This document shows positions 37,404-47,507 of a stretch of DNA of 64,000 nt, piece by piece. Source of the stretch: a virus; the IMG/VR virus record IMGVR_UViG_3300012006_000002, positions 1 through 64,000 of that record; one strand, written 5' to 3'. The notes under the pieces were generated by a model. That model saw only the letters and a program-made list of their open reading frames with translations, was not told the origin of the DNA and ran no database searches. Each line of letters begins with the position of its first letter. Within the stretch, counting starts at the first letter, position 1. The position numbers and the translations under genes are program-made.

Positions 37404-39011
37404 ATGTCAAATCCTTCTACTTTATCTGAAGATACTAGCATTATTCAAAGATTATTTGAACAACTGCCATCTGCTTTTTCTCGTGAAGAAGAACCCAGAG
37501 ATATTCTTACTTTTTCTTTTGTAGACTCAACAAACACTATTTTTTCACAATCTACCTCCTCATCGTTCATTTCCTTTTCAATAAAAGATTTTGTTTTGAA
37601 TATTTCCTCAAATATTGTGTATATTGAATCAGAACATCTTGATTTATCACAATTCACATTTGATTCATTATCTAATTATTTTAATTACAAATATTTTTAT
37701 CAAGGATTAAAATGCACTATTTCTTCTCAGTATGCTTTTACTGATTCCAATCTTCCCGCAACCATGCTGTGCGAGGGAGGATATTTTTTAACTGGCCCTT
37801 TTTCCACTTCTTCTTCTCTTACAATATCTCGATTTACAAGTAATAATTTTTCATTAATTTCATCATTAGCGTTATCACTGCTTGACAATAATAAAAAAAT
37901 GACTTCAACTCTGGGTCAAATTGATCTTCGTGTAGCATCCGGCTACTGGCTGGATTATTGGGGTCATTTGCTAGGAATTGATAGAAATACTACGGATATT
38001 GAAAATGATGATCAATATAGATTAAGAATACAATTTCAATCTCTTGGTGTGCGATCAACAAATTTGGGGATTCAAAAAGCTGTCTCTACATCTGTGCAGC
38101 GAAAGTGTTTTGTTTCTGATGGCGGTAAACCATATGTTTTTAGTGGATCTTATACAAGTTCTGCAAATACTCCACTTCCAAGTATTGGAACAATTTATCC
38201 TTCTTATTTATGGATATCGACCGCAACTTCTTTAACGTCTACTACCACTGTTGGCAGTATTAGAAAGAACTCCGTCGAATCTACTGCTGTTTCACTAGGA
38301 ATTCCTATGATTAGCACAACTGCAGGTTTGAACACAGTTGTTTTTAGCAGTGTTTCATCTACCTTTGTTGATTTTTTTAAAGTTGGGGCCATCATTGATG
38401 GATATAAATTAATAGTGCCAGATGGCACTACTGCTGCATTTGAAGTTGGAAAAACATATACTGTTATTGCTCTGCCCAGCAACAATCCGCAACAAGCACT
38501 TCGGTCTGTTGCAGGTTTTGATCCCGCAAATAGTGCAATTACTTTTACAACAAATGCGATTTATTTATCCACAACAAATGTTCTGGCAAGCAGAATCCCT
38601 GTTGCCACAATAGGATCATCTTTTGTGGCAGCAAATACCGGAACAACTGCGACAAATAACAACTATTCTCTTGCTGGAGGAAAATTTGAACTCAATCCTT
38701 TTCCAGATAATTGTTATATTACCAACCTTACTGTGTCTAATACATCTGACTCAACCTCAAAAAATATTACTGTAACATTATCGAATAAACTTCTTTATAC
38801 ACTAGAAAGTGTAATTGTAAATATTTATGCACCACAGTGGTCAATTCCTTCCGAAAAACTTGGACCCACAACTGGGTCGGGAACATTTGCGGTGAGAATA
38901 CAATTAAATAGCAACGAAACAACACTCCCTCAACCTGTTATTTCTGCGGCTACTTCCGCAATTAATGCGTGGCGACCTGCGGGAATGCCTTATGTGATAC
39001 AATCATACTAA
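37404..39011 (+). CDS. Baseplate wedge protein (gpI-like) with insertion
   Basis: ASGYWLDYWGHLLGIDR...ENDDQYRLRI and AINAWRPAG motifs; follows J. Confidence 0.8.
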   Translation: MSNPSTLSEDTSIIQRLFEQLPSAFSREEEPRDILTFSFVDSTNTIFSQSTSSSFISFSIKDFVLNISSNIVYIESEHLDLSQFTFDSLSNYFNYKYFYQGLKCTISSQYAFTDSNLPATMLCEGGYFLTGPFSTSSSLTISRFTSNNFSLISSLALSLLDNNKKMTSTLGQIDLRVASGYWLDYWGHLLGIDRNTTDIENDDQYRLRIQFQSLGVRSTNLGIQKAVSTSVQRKCFVSDGGKPYVFSGSYTSSANTPLPSIGTIYPSYLWISTATSLTSTTTVGSIRKNSVESTAVSLGIPMISTTAGLNTVVFSSVSSTFVDFFKVGAIIDGYKLIVPDGTTAAFEVGKTYTVIALPSNNPQQALRSVAGFDPANSAITFTTNAIYLSTTNVLASRIPVATIGSSFVAANTGTTATNNNYSLAGGKFELNPFPDNCYITNLTVSNTSDSTSKNITVTLSNKLLYTLESVIVNIYAPQWSIPSEKLGPTTGSGTFAVRIQLNSNETTLPQPVISAATSAINAWRPAGMPYVIQSY

Positions 39012-39023
39012 TGGAGAATAAAC

Positions 39024-42000
39024 GTGAAGCCAAGTAATCCATATTTAGGGGCATTGCCATTACGAACCAGTAGAATTTCCAGCATTGATGTTGATGGAAA
39101 AGCTTGGGATTCCGTTCTTTTTCAACAATCAAAATCTATTCTTGATTTTGATTTAAATGTAATGCAGAGAATTTTGCAAGAAAATATTGCACAATTATCA
39201 AGATCAATATTTTATTCTGGATTTACTCGTTCATCTTCATTAACTGCAGATAGCAATAATGTTTATCTTGCCGTATCAAGAATCAATGCTCTTGGAAATA
39301 TCATCAGACTTATTGATACAAATGGTACTGATGGAAGAATTTCTATTCCAATATCTTATACAACCAATGTAAATACATCTCAGTATTCAAGAATTTTTTT
39401 ATGGATTGAAATCTGGTTTCAGGAAATTATTCCGACAACTATTTCTGAATCTTTTGACGGATCATCGCCGGTTGAATTTAAATCTTCTGTTATTCCTTAT
39501 GGAGGAGGAGTTCAAAATAATTCAACTTTAACAAACGAATTATATGATCCAACATTTGGATCTGAAACAACTCGCAGAATTCAAACAAGATGGAGAATTC
39601 GTCAAACTCCAGCAATAGATCCTACTCCAGTAGTTGCAGAAGCTTCTTCAATTAGCGTGACGGCAAATCAAAGCGGAGCATCTGGAACTATTGTAGTTCC
39701 AAATCCAACGAATCTATCTGGAACGATTACTGCAGCAGGAAACACCGTAAAAATGTACGGTGTTAATACAAGCGCTTTATATCCAAAAATGATTCTTGTT
39801 CAAACAAATACCACCGGGGGGAATTTTGGCAGCGCTACAGCCGGAACAACAGCCACTATTGTATCGGTTGATAAGCTTGATGGAGGGTCCACCCCAGCAG
39901 GGGTCATCACCATCAAGGCAAATGGAACATCATCTTGCGCTGTTGGATCCGTATCTTTTACGACCTCAGGATATATGCACGGCACAACATTTGTGGTTCC
40001 TCCTTTGGGATCTCAAAAACTTATTACTGCAAATACTACGTATGGATTTCCTTCAGAAACAACACTTGGAAGTAAAACAGTGTTTGGCGTTGACCAAGCA
40101 AGATCCGATTCATATAATATTAATTTTGCGAATAATGTTTCGTATGTTTCTTCCAGACTTTCCGGCATTACTGTCGCGGCATCATCCGTAAGCACAGCTA
40201 CACTTTACGACACGTATGCGTATAAATTATCTTACTCTTACACTGATATATCTGAAAATGAATCACTAGCAAGCATGACTTCCAACACTGTTTCAAATTT
40301 TGCTGGAAATCTTGCGAATACAGGTTTGGCAAGTACTACTTATTCTAACAAGATTACTTGGACCGCATCCACGTCAGCTAAACAATACTATATTTATCGC
40401 AATATTTTTCGTGGTCAAATTACAAGCATTGCTGGCAACAGCACTACTGGAGCAGTATATACACTAGCGAATACAAATTCCTATGCGTTACCAATTGGAA
40501 CTAAAGTAACGACTACTGGAGCATCCGTCAGTAACTATAATGTTACTGATGGAATTGTTACTGCATCTACTACAAATACTTTTACTATTGGTAGCATTAC
40601 TATTACCACCTCTACTACCGTAACTAACGGTGTGGCAAAACCAGATTCACTTCCGTTTTCCTCCGCGCAACTTATTGATACTATTATTCTTTCGGCACCA
40701 GCGACAACAAATTCTGCAGGAGTTGTTGCTAGTGGCATGACTGCAACAATTCCTGCATCTGCTACTTCAGTAACACAAAGTAATTCAGCAGCACTTCTTA
40801 ATGCAGCAGGTACAGGTTCTTTGTATTCTTTGACCGGAATTAATACAACTCTTCTCAAGCCGGGAATGATCATATCTTCTACTTCTAAAATTAATTCAGG
40901 AACTCACAGAATTCTCTCCATTACCACCTCTTCTTCAACAAACGGAACGGTGCTTTGCTATGGAACTTCTGCTCCTACTACTACTGGTTCCACTGCGACA
41001 ATTACTGATCTTTCGGTAAGTGTAGACGCCAACACTCCGGTATATTACGATAATATTAACAGTTTTTCAGAATCGCCATTTACCAAACCTTCAACAATAA
41101 CAGTTCAGGCGGTCTATCCTACAAATGTTGCTCCTTTTGAGACCATATCCGGAAGCGGTGGGGATCCCCGAGTATTTGCTCAGGGCGGCCGTATTGAGGT
41201 TATACTTACCGGATCTATTAGCGCCAGTGGCGTACTTACAGTTGCTGCATTAAATACTAATGGATATTTGCAAGTTGGACAACGAATAACCGGAATTGGT
41301 GTTCCCGATAATGTTTTTATTACTGGAATAACAACGGCTTTTAGTAGTAGTGGCAACGGAACTTATACGGTATCTGGAATTTCATCAGCTATTTCATCCA
41401 CTACTTTATATGCTTGGTTTACTCCTTCTAAAACTTTTCAGCGATCAAGCAAAGTTACCGGCTTTACGGAATTATATGATCCTTATGTGTACGTTGCTGG
41501 AGATGGAAGTTCTTCAGATGCGTCAGTTCTTAACACTGTTGATGGACGAGTATATGGTTTGCCTTTGGCATATGTATACAAAGACGACTCATCAGTTGTT
41601 TTAACTGATTTGCGAAATGTAATAAATTCATTAAATACCGGAACCATAAATGCCACTACGGACATCACTACGACAAATCCGATTTCTGGACTTGCCCTGC
41701 GACTTGCTGCGTCAAGTACCGGAACATCGCTGACTGTTTCTGGGGGCGGATCAACGAACGCAGACCTTTCCTTAACGCCAAAAGGCTCCGGAGTTGTTTC
41801 AGTGGCTACCAGCCTTGCCGTTCCGGCCGGAACAGCAACATTGCCTTCGTATTCATTTGCGGGACAATCATCTACGGGTCTGTATTATTCTCTTTCTAGC
41901 GCTGGAGTAAGTCAAATTGGACTATCTGTCGGTGGAACACCTGTTGTTACTGTCAGCCCTTTATCAACTGTTTTTGCAAGTACTTTGACAAGTGCAGGCA

Positions 42001-43574
42001 TTGTCACAGGAACAGCTTTTTCTTCCACCGGACTAGAGGGCGGTTCAGCCGGAAGATATTTAGGGAGAACAAGCAACGGCGCTCCCTCTAACGGCACCTA
42101 CTCTATTGGCGATTATGTTGTTGATACTTCAGGATATGTTCGCGTTTATAATGGAACTGCGTGGATTATTGCTGGAGCTAATGCAGGAGACCCAAACACA
42201 TGGTCAGGTTTGCAAAGTTTTGTGAGATCAAGTCTCAACATAAGTTCAGCAGCAGACACTGTTGTAAACACGACCATTGGACCCGGATCTGCAACCATTG
42301 CTGCAGATTTAAGTCCTAATTATGTTTCTGGAGCAAGATTTGTATCTCCGACATATTCCAATAATGGCACTACAAAAACAATTGGATCTGCAGTAAACGT
42401 CGATATTGCAAATCTTCCCATTGCTGCAACAAATGTTTCTATTACAAATTCATATGGACTTCGTATTACGGGTACAGCAACAAACGCTACAAATGCCTAC
42501 AGTCTTTATGTATCGGGTTCTACTGGATCTACTTTGTCCTATGCAATGTATGTTGCAAGTGGATTATCGTATTTTGCTGATAACGTAACTATTGCAAAAA
42601 TTACTAAAATTACTGATAGCACTGATGCTACTAGCACAACTGCCGATGCTGCTCTTGTCATATCGGGTGGTCTTGCTGTTGCCAAGAAGCTTTATGCCGG
42701 TTCTTTGTACGGCCCGCTTATTGGAACCGTAGGTGCTGGGACAGGAAACGCTAACACGGGAGCGTTTACCACTCTAACTACTAGCGATACTACCGAAGCA
42801 ACAAATACTTCTACTGCCTCCGTTGCTATCACCGGAGGTCTTGCTGTTGCCAAGAAAATTTTTGCTAATCAGTTTAACGGCCCTCTTGTTGGAGCCGTCA
42901 CTGGAAATGTCACTGGAAATGTGACCGGATTGCAGACCTATACGATTGCAGCAGGCAGTACTGCCGACCTTATTTCCGCAACAATGGCTACAAGTGATTT
43001 TTTCAGGATTAGAGTAGGGGGAAGCGCTGATGCCGGTTATGCGGAAATAGCAACTGCTGATAATGGATCGGAACCAATACATGTCCGTCAGTATACTTGG
43101 GGGTATCTTAACGGAAGTTCTGGAGACACTGATTCATGGAAAAACCCAACCCGAACCGCTACTCTTCTTGATGCATCTGGAAACACTTCTTTTCCGGGAA
43201 CATTATCAGCAGACAAAATGAGCGGCGGTGCAGCACCACGTTGCTTTATTCCTGCCGGAGCATTTACATCACTTAACGCAACGTTGTCAACAGACACTAC
43301 TACTGGACAATATCAATGGACATTTGCTGCTGCAAATACTGCGTATGTATATTTAGTTGTTCCTGCAAACTACGGTGGAGGGACATGCTCGTTTACTATT
43401 CATGGCACTGCAACGGGTAATCTTACTGCAAAATATGGAACAACATCTGCTGCTGACACAACATTTACTTCAGGAGCAACAATACTAGTTGCTAGCACGG
43501 CATACTATATTAAATTAACATGTGCCGTATCACAAACGGCAACTTTGACAGGCATGTCAATTGTATTTGGATAA
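39024..43574 (+). CDS. Long baseplate-anchored tail fibre
   Basis: VLFQQSKSILDFDLNVMQ anchor, ETTRRIQTRWRIR, many fibre modules, ends GMSIVFG; GGAG SD with GTG start. Confidence 0.85.
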   Translation: MKPSNPYLGALPLRTSRISSIDVDGKAWDSVLFQQSKSILDFDLNVMQRILQENIAQLSRSIFYSGFTRSSSLTADSNNVYLAVSRINALGNIIRLIDTNGTDGRISIPISYTTNVNTSQYSRIFLWIEIWFQEIIPTTISESFDGSSPVEFKSSVIPYGGGVQNNSTLTNELYDPTFGSETTRRIQTRWRIRQTPAIDPTPVVAEASSISVTANQSGASGTIVVPNPTNLSGTITAAGNTVKMYGVNTSALYPKMILVQTNTTGGNFGSATAGTTATIVSVDKLDGGSTPAGVITIKANGTSSCAVGSVSFTTSGYMHGTTFVVPPLGSQKLITANTTYGFPSETTLGSKTVFGVDQARSDSYNINFANNVSYVSSRLSGITVAASSVSTATLYDTYAYKLSYSYTDISENESLASMTSNTVSNFAGNLANTGLASTTYSNKITWTASTSAKQYYIYRNIFRGQITSIAGNSTTGAVYTLANTNSYALPIGTKVTTTGASVSNYNVTDGIVTASTTNTFTIGSITITTSTTVTNGVAKPDSLPFSSAQLIDTIILSAPATTNSAGVVASGMTATIPASATSVTQSNSAALLNAAGTGSLYSLTGINTTLLKPGMIISSTSKINSGTHRILSITTSSSTNGTVLCYGTSAPTTTGSTATITDLSVSVDANTPVYYDNINSFSESPFTKPSTITVQAVYPTNVAPFETISGSGGDPRVFAQGGRIEVILTGSISASGVLTVAALNTNGYLQVGQRITGIGVPDNVFITGITTAFSSSGNGTYTVSGISSAISSTTLYAWFTPSKTFQRSSKVTGFTELYDPYVYVAGDGSSSDASVLNTVDGRVYGLPLAYVYKDDSSVVLTDLRNVINSLNTGTINATTDITTTNPISGLALRLAASSTGTSLTVSGGGSTNADLSLTPKGSGVVSVATSLAVPAGTATLPSYSFAGQSSTGLYYSLSSAGVSQIGLSVGGTPVVTVSPLSTVFASTLTSAGIVTGTAFSSTGLEGGSAGRYLGRTSNGAPSNGTYSIGDYVVDTSGYVRVYNGTAWIIAGANAGDPNTWSGLQSFVRSSLNISSAADTVVNTTIGPGSATIAADLSPNYVSGARFVSPTYSNNGTTKTIGSAVNVDIANLPIAATNVSITNSYGLRITGTATNATNAYSLYVSGSTGSTLSYAMYVASGLSYFADNVTIAKITKITDSTDATSTTADAALVISGGLAVAKKLYAGSLYGPLIGTVGAGTGNANTGAFTTLTTSDTTEATNTSTASVAITGGLAVAKKIFANQFNGPLVGAVTGNVTGNVTGLQTYTIAAGSTADLISATMATSDFFRIRVGGSADAGYAEIATADNGSEPIHVRQYTWGYLNGSSGDTDSWKNPTRTATLLDASGNTSFPGTLSADKMSGGAAPRCFIPAGAFTSLNATLSTDTTTGQYQWTFAAANTAYVYLVVPANYGGGTCSFTIHGTATGNLTAKYGTTSAADTTFTSGATILVASTAYYIKLTCAVSQTATLTGMSIVFG

Positions 43575-43589
43575 AAGGAAAATTTTTAA

Positions 43590-44426
43590 ATGCCATTTAA
43601 ATGGAAAGACAAAATTGTTAGTTTTGGAAGTTCAAGTAGTGATCTTGCTGTAAGTGCAGGAACTTCCTATACAATTCCAGCAAACACAACTTCTCATTGG
43701 GTCAATGCAACCATTTCGGGAAACCTCTACGTACATAGAACCGCAGATTTTAGAGTAAGTGGAACTTTGACTATTGGATCCACGGGAAATATAATTGCAG
43801 TAAACAATGTCGCGGGAGAATCTGGGTCAGGAACCGCTTATGCTGCAACGACGGCTGATGACACGTTGCCCGCTTCTTCTAACGGAGCGAACGGAACTGG
43901 TGCTGGTAAAAATTCTCTTAAAATTATGGCAAATAAACTTATAAATAATGGGACTATTAGTGCTAGTGCGGACTATAACAATACGAATAGCGGAACTGGA
44001 GCTAGTGGCGGATTCATATGGATTATTTCTCCTGATATTTCAGGAGGGGCAGGAATAAGGATAAGTTGCGATGGCGCTGAAGGAGGTCCAGCTTGGGCTA
44101 GTGAGAGATATTGCGTAGGCAATGGGGTGTGGTTTGCTAATTGTGCCGGTGGCGGTGATGGGTGCTATAATTATGGAGGCTCCGAATATGTGTCGGGAAC
44201 CTCCGGTAAACACAACTCCTCGTCGGAAGGAGAATACTGTGTTGGTGGCGGGTCTGGACCCAAAGGAACGTCAGGAACAGCTTCATCTATTCTCATCGTC
44301 ACTTCTAAGAATCCATCTGGAGGAACAGCAAGCAATCAAACAGTTTCTTTGGATACTACCATGAAAAGTTTGTCTCTTGGTACAATTCTTTGGTTTGAGG
44401 AAAATAAACAATGGAATACACCGTAA
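43590..44426 (+). CDS. Gly/Cys-rich fibre-associated protein
   Basis: GTISA...GASGGFIWIIS beta-helix-like pattern; follows the long fibre. Confidence 0.6.
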   Translation: MPFKWKDKIVSFGSSSSDLAVSAGTSYTIPANTTSHWVNATISGNLYVHRTADFRVSGTLTIGSTGNIIAVNNVAGESGSGTAYAATTADDTLPASSNGANGTGAGKNSLKIMANKLINNGTISASADYNNTNSGTGASGGFIWIISPDISGGAGIRISCDGAEGGPAWASERYCVGNGVWFANCAGGGDGCYNYGGSEYVSGTSGKHNSSSEGEYCVGGGSGPKGTSGTASSILIVTSKNPSGGTASNQTVSLDTTMKSLSLGTILWFEENKQWNTP

Positions 44427-45274
44427 AACACGATGTTGCATTTGGAGATGGCTCTCATCATCATTCTGTTTATATTTCAGATAAATCGCAAGATAATTTT
44501 ATAAAAGAAATTTTAGAAAATCAAGTGAAAACAAAAAATATTGATAACATTAGTTCTATTGTTTCCTATATAAAAAGTAATACAATATATGTGGAAAAAA
44601 ACGGATTATATATGGAAAGACATTTGGGAATTGGAAGACCCGACGAAAACGGAAACATTATAGTAACTCCATTTCCACATATTGGAACTTTTTGTCATGT
44701 GGTTTATTTCTTTAACTCTTCACCAGATTGGTGGAAAAATATTCAAATAATTTCAGAAAAATACAATATTTTTTATTTTTTAGAAGCCATTGAATATTTT
44801 AAACAACGGGTGGGAGTATCTCTTGCTGGAAGTAGTGAATTAAGGCCAGATTATTACTATATGGCTAAAAATATTGCTTTATCTACAGAAGGATGGGATT
44901 TCAATGATCCTCCATTGGAGTTCATAATTTTTGGAGATAAAGAAAAACTTCCAGTTCCAAGATTTAGTGTAGTCGATACAAAAGGATTAATTGTGGGATT
45001 ATCCTCTAAAGATGGAGCGGTGAAAACCGCAAATGTTGTAGATGGTGGCAATAATTACGACATCAACGATGAGGTAGATGTATATTTTGTTGGATCAGAG
45101 GGAGCAAAACTTCGAGTTGCGGAAGTCGAAAACGGTTCAGTTACAAAATTGACTATTATCAATGAAGGAAAAAATTATCCGCTTTTTTGCACCGCAATAA
45201 CGGGGTTATATAATTTTGAAAGCAATATTAGAGGACAATATTTTTTTCCTCAACATGAGGCTTTGTTTGAATAA
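44411..45274 (+). CDS. Hypothetical protein with C-terminal structural beta repeats
   Basis: GAVKTANVVDGGNNY and GSVTKLTIINEGKNY repeat pair; GAGGA SD. Confidence 0.55.
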   Translation: MEYTVKHDVAFGDGSHHHSVYISDKSQDNFIKEILENQVKTKNIDNISSIVSYIKSNTIYVEKNGLYMERHLGIGRPDENGNIIVTPFPHIGTFCHVVYFFNSSPDWWKNIQIISEKYNIFYFLEAIEYFKQRVGVSLAGSSELRPDYYYMAKNIALSTEGWDFNDPPLEFIIFGDKEKLPVPRFSVVDTKGLIVGLSSKDGAVKTANVVDGGNNYDINDEVDVYFVGSEGAKLRVAEVENGSVTKLTIINEGKNYPLFCTAITGLYNFESNIRGQYFFPQHEALFE

Positions 45275-45291
45275 TATGGAAAGATATATTT

Positions 45292-46080
45292 GTGAATGAT
45301 CTGTGCGCAAAAAATAGCGATAAATTTGAAGACACTTTGTCGCAAGAAACAACAACGATTTATTGGTCCGCTTGGACACCTTCTTCATCATGGGCTTTTG
45401 CTAAATTAATTCAGAAAAATTTTCGATGGTTATCTCAAGATTCAATCGGTTTGCATACTGACATCGGAAGAGGGCAGCATTTACTGGGATGTCCAGCACA
45501 TAGAAGTGTCAAATCTGATACATTAATTTTAGATTTTCCCATAAATATTCATGTTGTTTTTGACGAAGTTGGAAATCCAATTGTAGAAAACAAATACAAT
45601 AATTTTATCAATAAAGATTCAGGCAGAACTAGTACTCATGATGATACAATGTCTAATAGATATGCTGTTCAATTTAAAGGAGCTCCCATTTTCTTTTGCG
45701 AAGAAAGCCTTGATATTGAACTATTTCCTCCGTACATGCATAATGTTTCTTCAACGCAATATGGAGCGCTCACTGCCGGAAAATTTGATATTGGCCAATG
45801 GTTTCGACCATTATACATAGACTATATGTTGTGGAATAATGTTCGAGAAATCATCTTAAAAGAAGATGAGCCATGTATGTATATTAAATTTCATACTAAT
45901 AAACGTATTAAATTGCAAGAATTTAAATATAACGATTTTATAGCATCTGTTGCATGGGCTTGTGAAAATATTTCCAAAACATACAAAGACAGACAATCTC
46001 TTCAGCAACGATACGATCTTTTTGGAAAGGGTTCTTTAAAAAAGGCTCTTTTGCAAGAAATCAAACAAAATCTGCTGTGA
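45292..46080 (+). CDS. Conserved hypothetical protein of aquatic phages (possibly dUTPase-like fold)
   Basis: GCPA...FFCEESL...GKFDIGQWFRP...DEPCMYIKF pattern; function unknown. Confidence 0.5.
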   Translation: MNDLCAKNSDKFEDTLSQETTTIYWSAWTPSSSWAFAKLIQKNFRWLSQDSIGLHTDIGRGQHLLGCPAHRSVKSDTLILDFPINIHVVFDEVGNPIVENKYNNFINKDSGRTSTHDDTMSNRYAVQFKGAPIFFCEESLDIELFPPYMHNVSSTQYGALTAGKFDIGQWFRPLYIDYMLWNNVREIILKEDEPCMYIKFHTNKRIKLQEFKYNDFIASVAWACENISKTYKDRQSLQQRYDLFGKGSLKKALLQEIKQNLL

Positions 46081-46108
46081 AAAATTTTCACAAATACGTA
46101 GGTTCTTA

Positions 46109-46138
46109 TTGACATCCCAATGGGTGATGTGCTACCAT
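46109..46138 (+). promoter_or_regulatory. sigma70-type promoter
   Basis: TTGACA-18 bp-TACCAT with TG extension. Confidence 0.65.
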
Positions 46139-46185
46139 AAAACCAAGGAACAAGTTTCCGCCAATACAAACAAGGAGCATGAAAC

Positions 46186-46557
46186 GTGGCGCGCGCAAAT
46201 AATGTAGTGGATGCGGAGTTCACAATGGAAGAGACGGAAGTCATTGCCAGCAATCCTGAAGCGACGGACGAGGCCATGGAGTACGATCAGTTCGTTGACG
46301 TACTTGCAGACGGCAAGTACGGTGGCGAAATCTGGGCTGAAGCTGAGCGCGAGAAGATCCGGGCACAAGCAGAGATTCGGCTCTCCAGCAAGCGGAACAA
46401 TGAGCAGCGACTCAATGCTGCGACAGAGCGTCTTCGGAAGGCTGTTGATGACCAGAAGGCTGTCGAGGAGGAGTTCCCCTCTGCGCAGAAGTGGGGCAAG
46501 TACTACATCTCCCTAGAGGCTGTAAACGCCAAGCAGGCTGAAGCCAATACTCCATAA
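46186..46557 (+). CDS. Hypothetical acidic helical protein in a stand-alone transcription unit
   Basis: AAGGAG SD 8 nt before GTG; GC3-rich codons; own promoter and terminator. Confidence 0.8.
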   Translation: MARANNVVDAEFTMEETEVIASNPEATDEAMEYDQFVDVLADGKYGGEIWAEAEREKIRAQAEIRLSSKRNNEQRLNAATERLRKAVDDQKAVEEEFPSAQKWGKYYISLEAVNAKQAEANTP

Positions 46558-46580
46558 TTATTTTGGCTTGATACTTCATG

Positions 46581-46614
46581 ATAAGGGTTGCCAGTTGGCA
46601 ACCCTTATTTTTTT
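46581..46614 (+). terminator. Intrinsic terminator
   Basis: ATAAGGGTTGCC-AGTT-GGCAACCCTTAT followed by a T run. Confidence 0.9.
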
Positions 46615-46660
46615 AACTGCTACACTTCTATTGTAGATTCATCTACAGAAGGAGGTGTGA

Positions 46661-47407
46661 ATGTTTCCACTTTTGGATTCCCGAGATAATAACCCTACAA
46701 TGGGTGGATATGATTTTGGTGAATGGAGTACTTACTCAAATCAATTTCATCCCGGACTCGATTTTAATGCAGGGAATGGGGGTGATGGAGACATCGGATT
46801 ACCATTGGTGACTGTTTGCAAGTCTGCTCTGCGTGCCAGTGAAGAGACTGCACGAGGGTATGGAAAACATCAATGGTGGGAAATTCTAGAAGGTCCGCAT
46901 ATCGGTTCGTGGATTCATTACTGCCATGCGCACAATTTTGTTCATTCGGAGATTGGAACCATTTCTGGTCGAGGAGAAAAAATCGGCGAGTGCGGAAAAT
47001 CAGGCGGACAACAATTTGCTCATCTCCATTTTGAGGTTAAGAATGACAAACCCCCAACATGGGGATACTGGGGTGGTGGTTTGACAAAGGATCAAATGCT
47101 TGCCACATACACCGATCCCTTGCAGTTTTGCAAAAATTATGATGACTATGTTCCAAGCGAAGAACAAAAAGGAGAATACGATATGCTGAGTGATGGAGAA
47201 AAGTCCCTGATCAATGCAGTTCGAGAATTGAATTACATCTCATATGCCGAACCAGTTGTTCGCTTGATGGCTGGCCTCAACGCAACTGCCACCAGTGTCG
47301 AGGAATGGATCAACGAAAACGGCGCTTTGCGAAGCCAATTGGCGTTAGCAGGAGAAGCGGCCAAGGCGGATGAATCTTACGATGGAGATCACCCGGAAAA
47401 ACAATAA
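46661..47407 (+). CDS. M23 family peptidase, probable endolysin
   Basis: HPGLD (HxxxD), GYG, YCH, HLHFEV; AAGGAGGTG SD; near the holin. Confidence 0.85.
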   Translation: MFPLLDSRDNNPTMGGYDFGEWSTYSNQFHPGLDFNAGNGGDGDIGLPLVTVCKSALRASEETARGYGKHQWWEILEGPHIGSWIHYCHAHNFVHSEIGTISGRGEKIGECGKSGGQQFAHLHFEVKNDKPPTWGYWGGGLTKDQMLATYTDPLQFCKNYDDYVPSEEQKGEYDMLSDGEKSLINAVRELNYISYAEPVVRLMAGLNATATSVEEWINENGALRSQLALAGEAAKADESYDGDHPEKQ

Positions 47408-47427
47408 TTTTTCATGTTCCGCATTTT

Positions 47428-47461
47428 GAAAACGAGCCGTAGTGGCTCGTTTTCTATTTTT
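47428..47461 (+). terminator. Intrinsic terminator
   Basis: GAAAACGAGCC-GTAGT-GGCTCGTTTTC followed by TATTTTT. Confidence 0.85.
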
Positions 47462-47507
47462 CCAAAAGTATGCTACCCTCAATGTATCTTTATATTGCGG
47501 AGAACAT

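Noticed and set aside
2995-43574. Diversity-generating retroelement acting on fibre tips
   Set aside because: No reverse transcriptase in the window; duplicated modules differ at synonymous positions rather than only at adenines
46179-46202. 7-codon upstream ORF (MKRGARK) overlapping the 46186 start
   Set aside because: The ATG is only 1 nt from the SD, whereas the GTG at 46186 has optimal spacing
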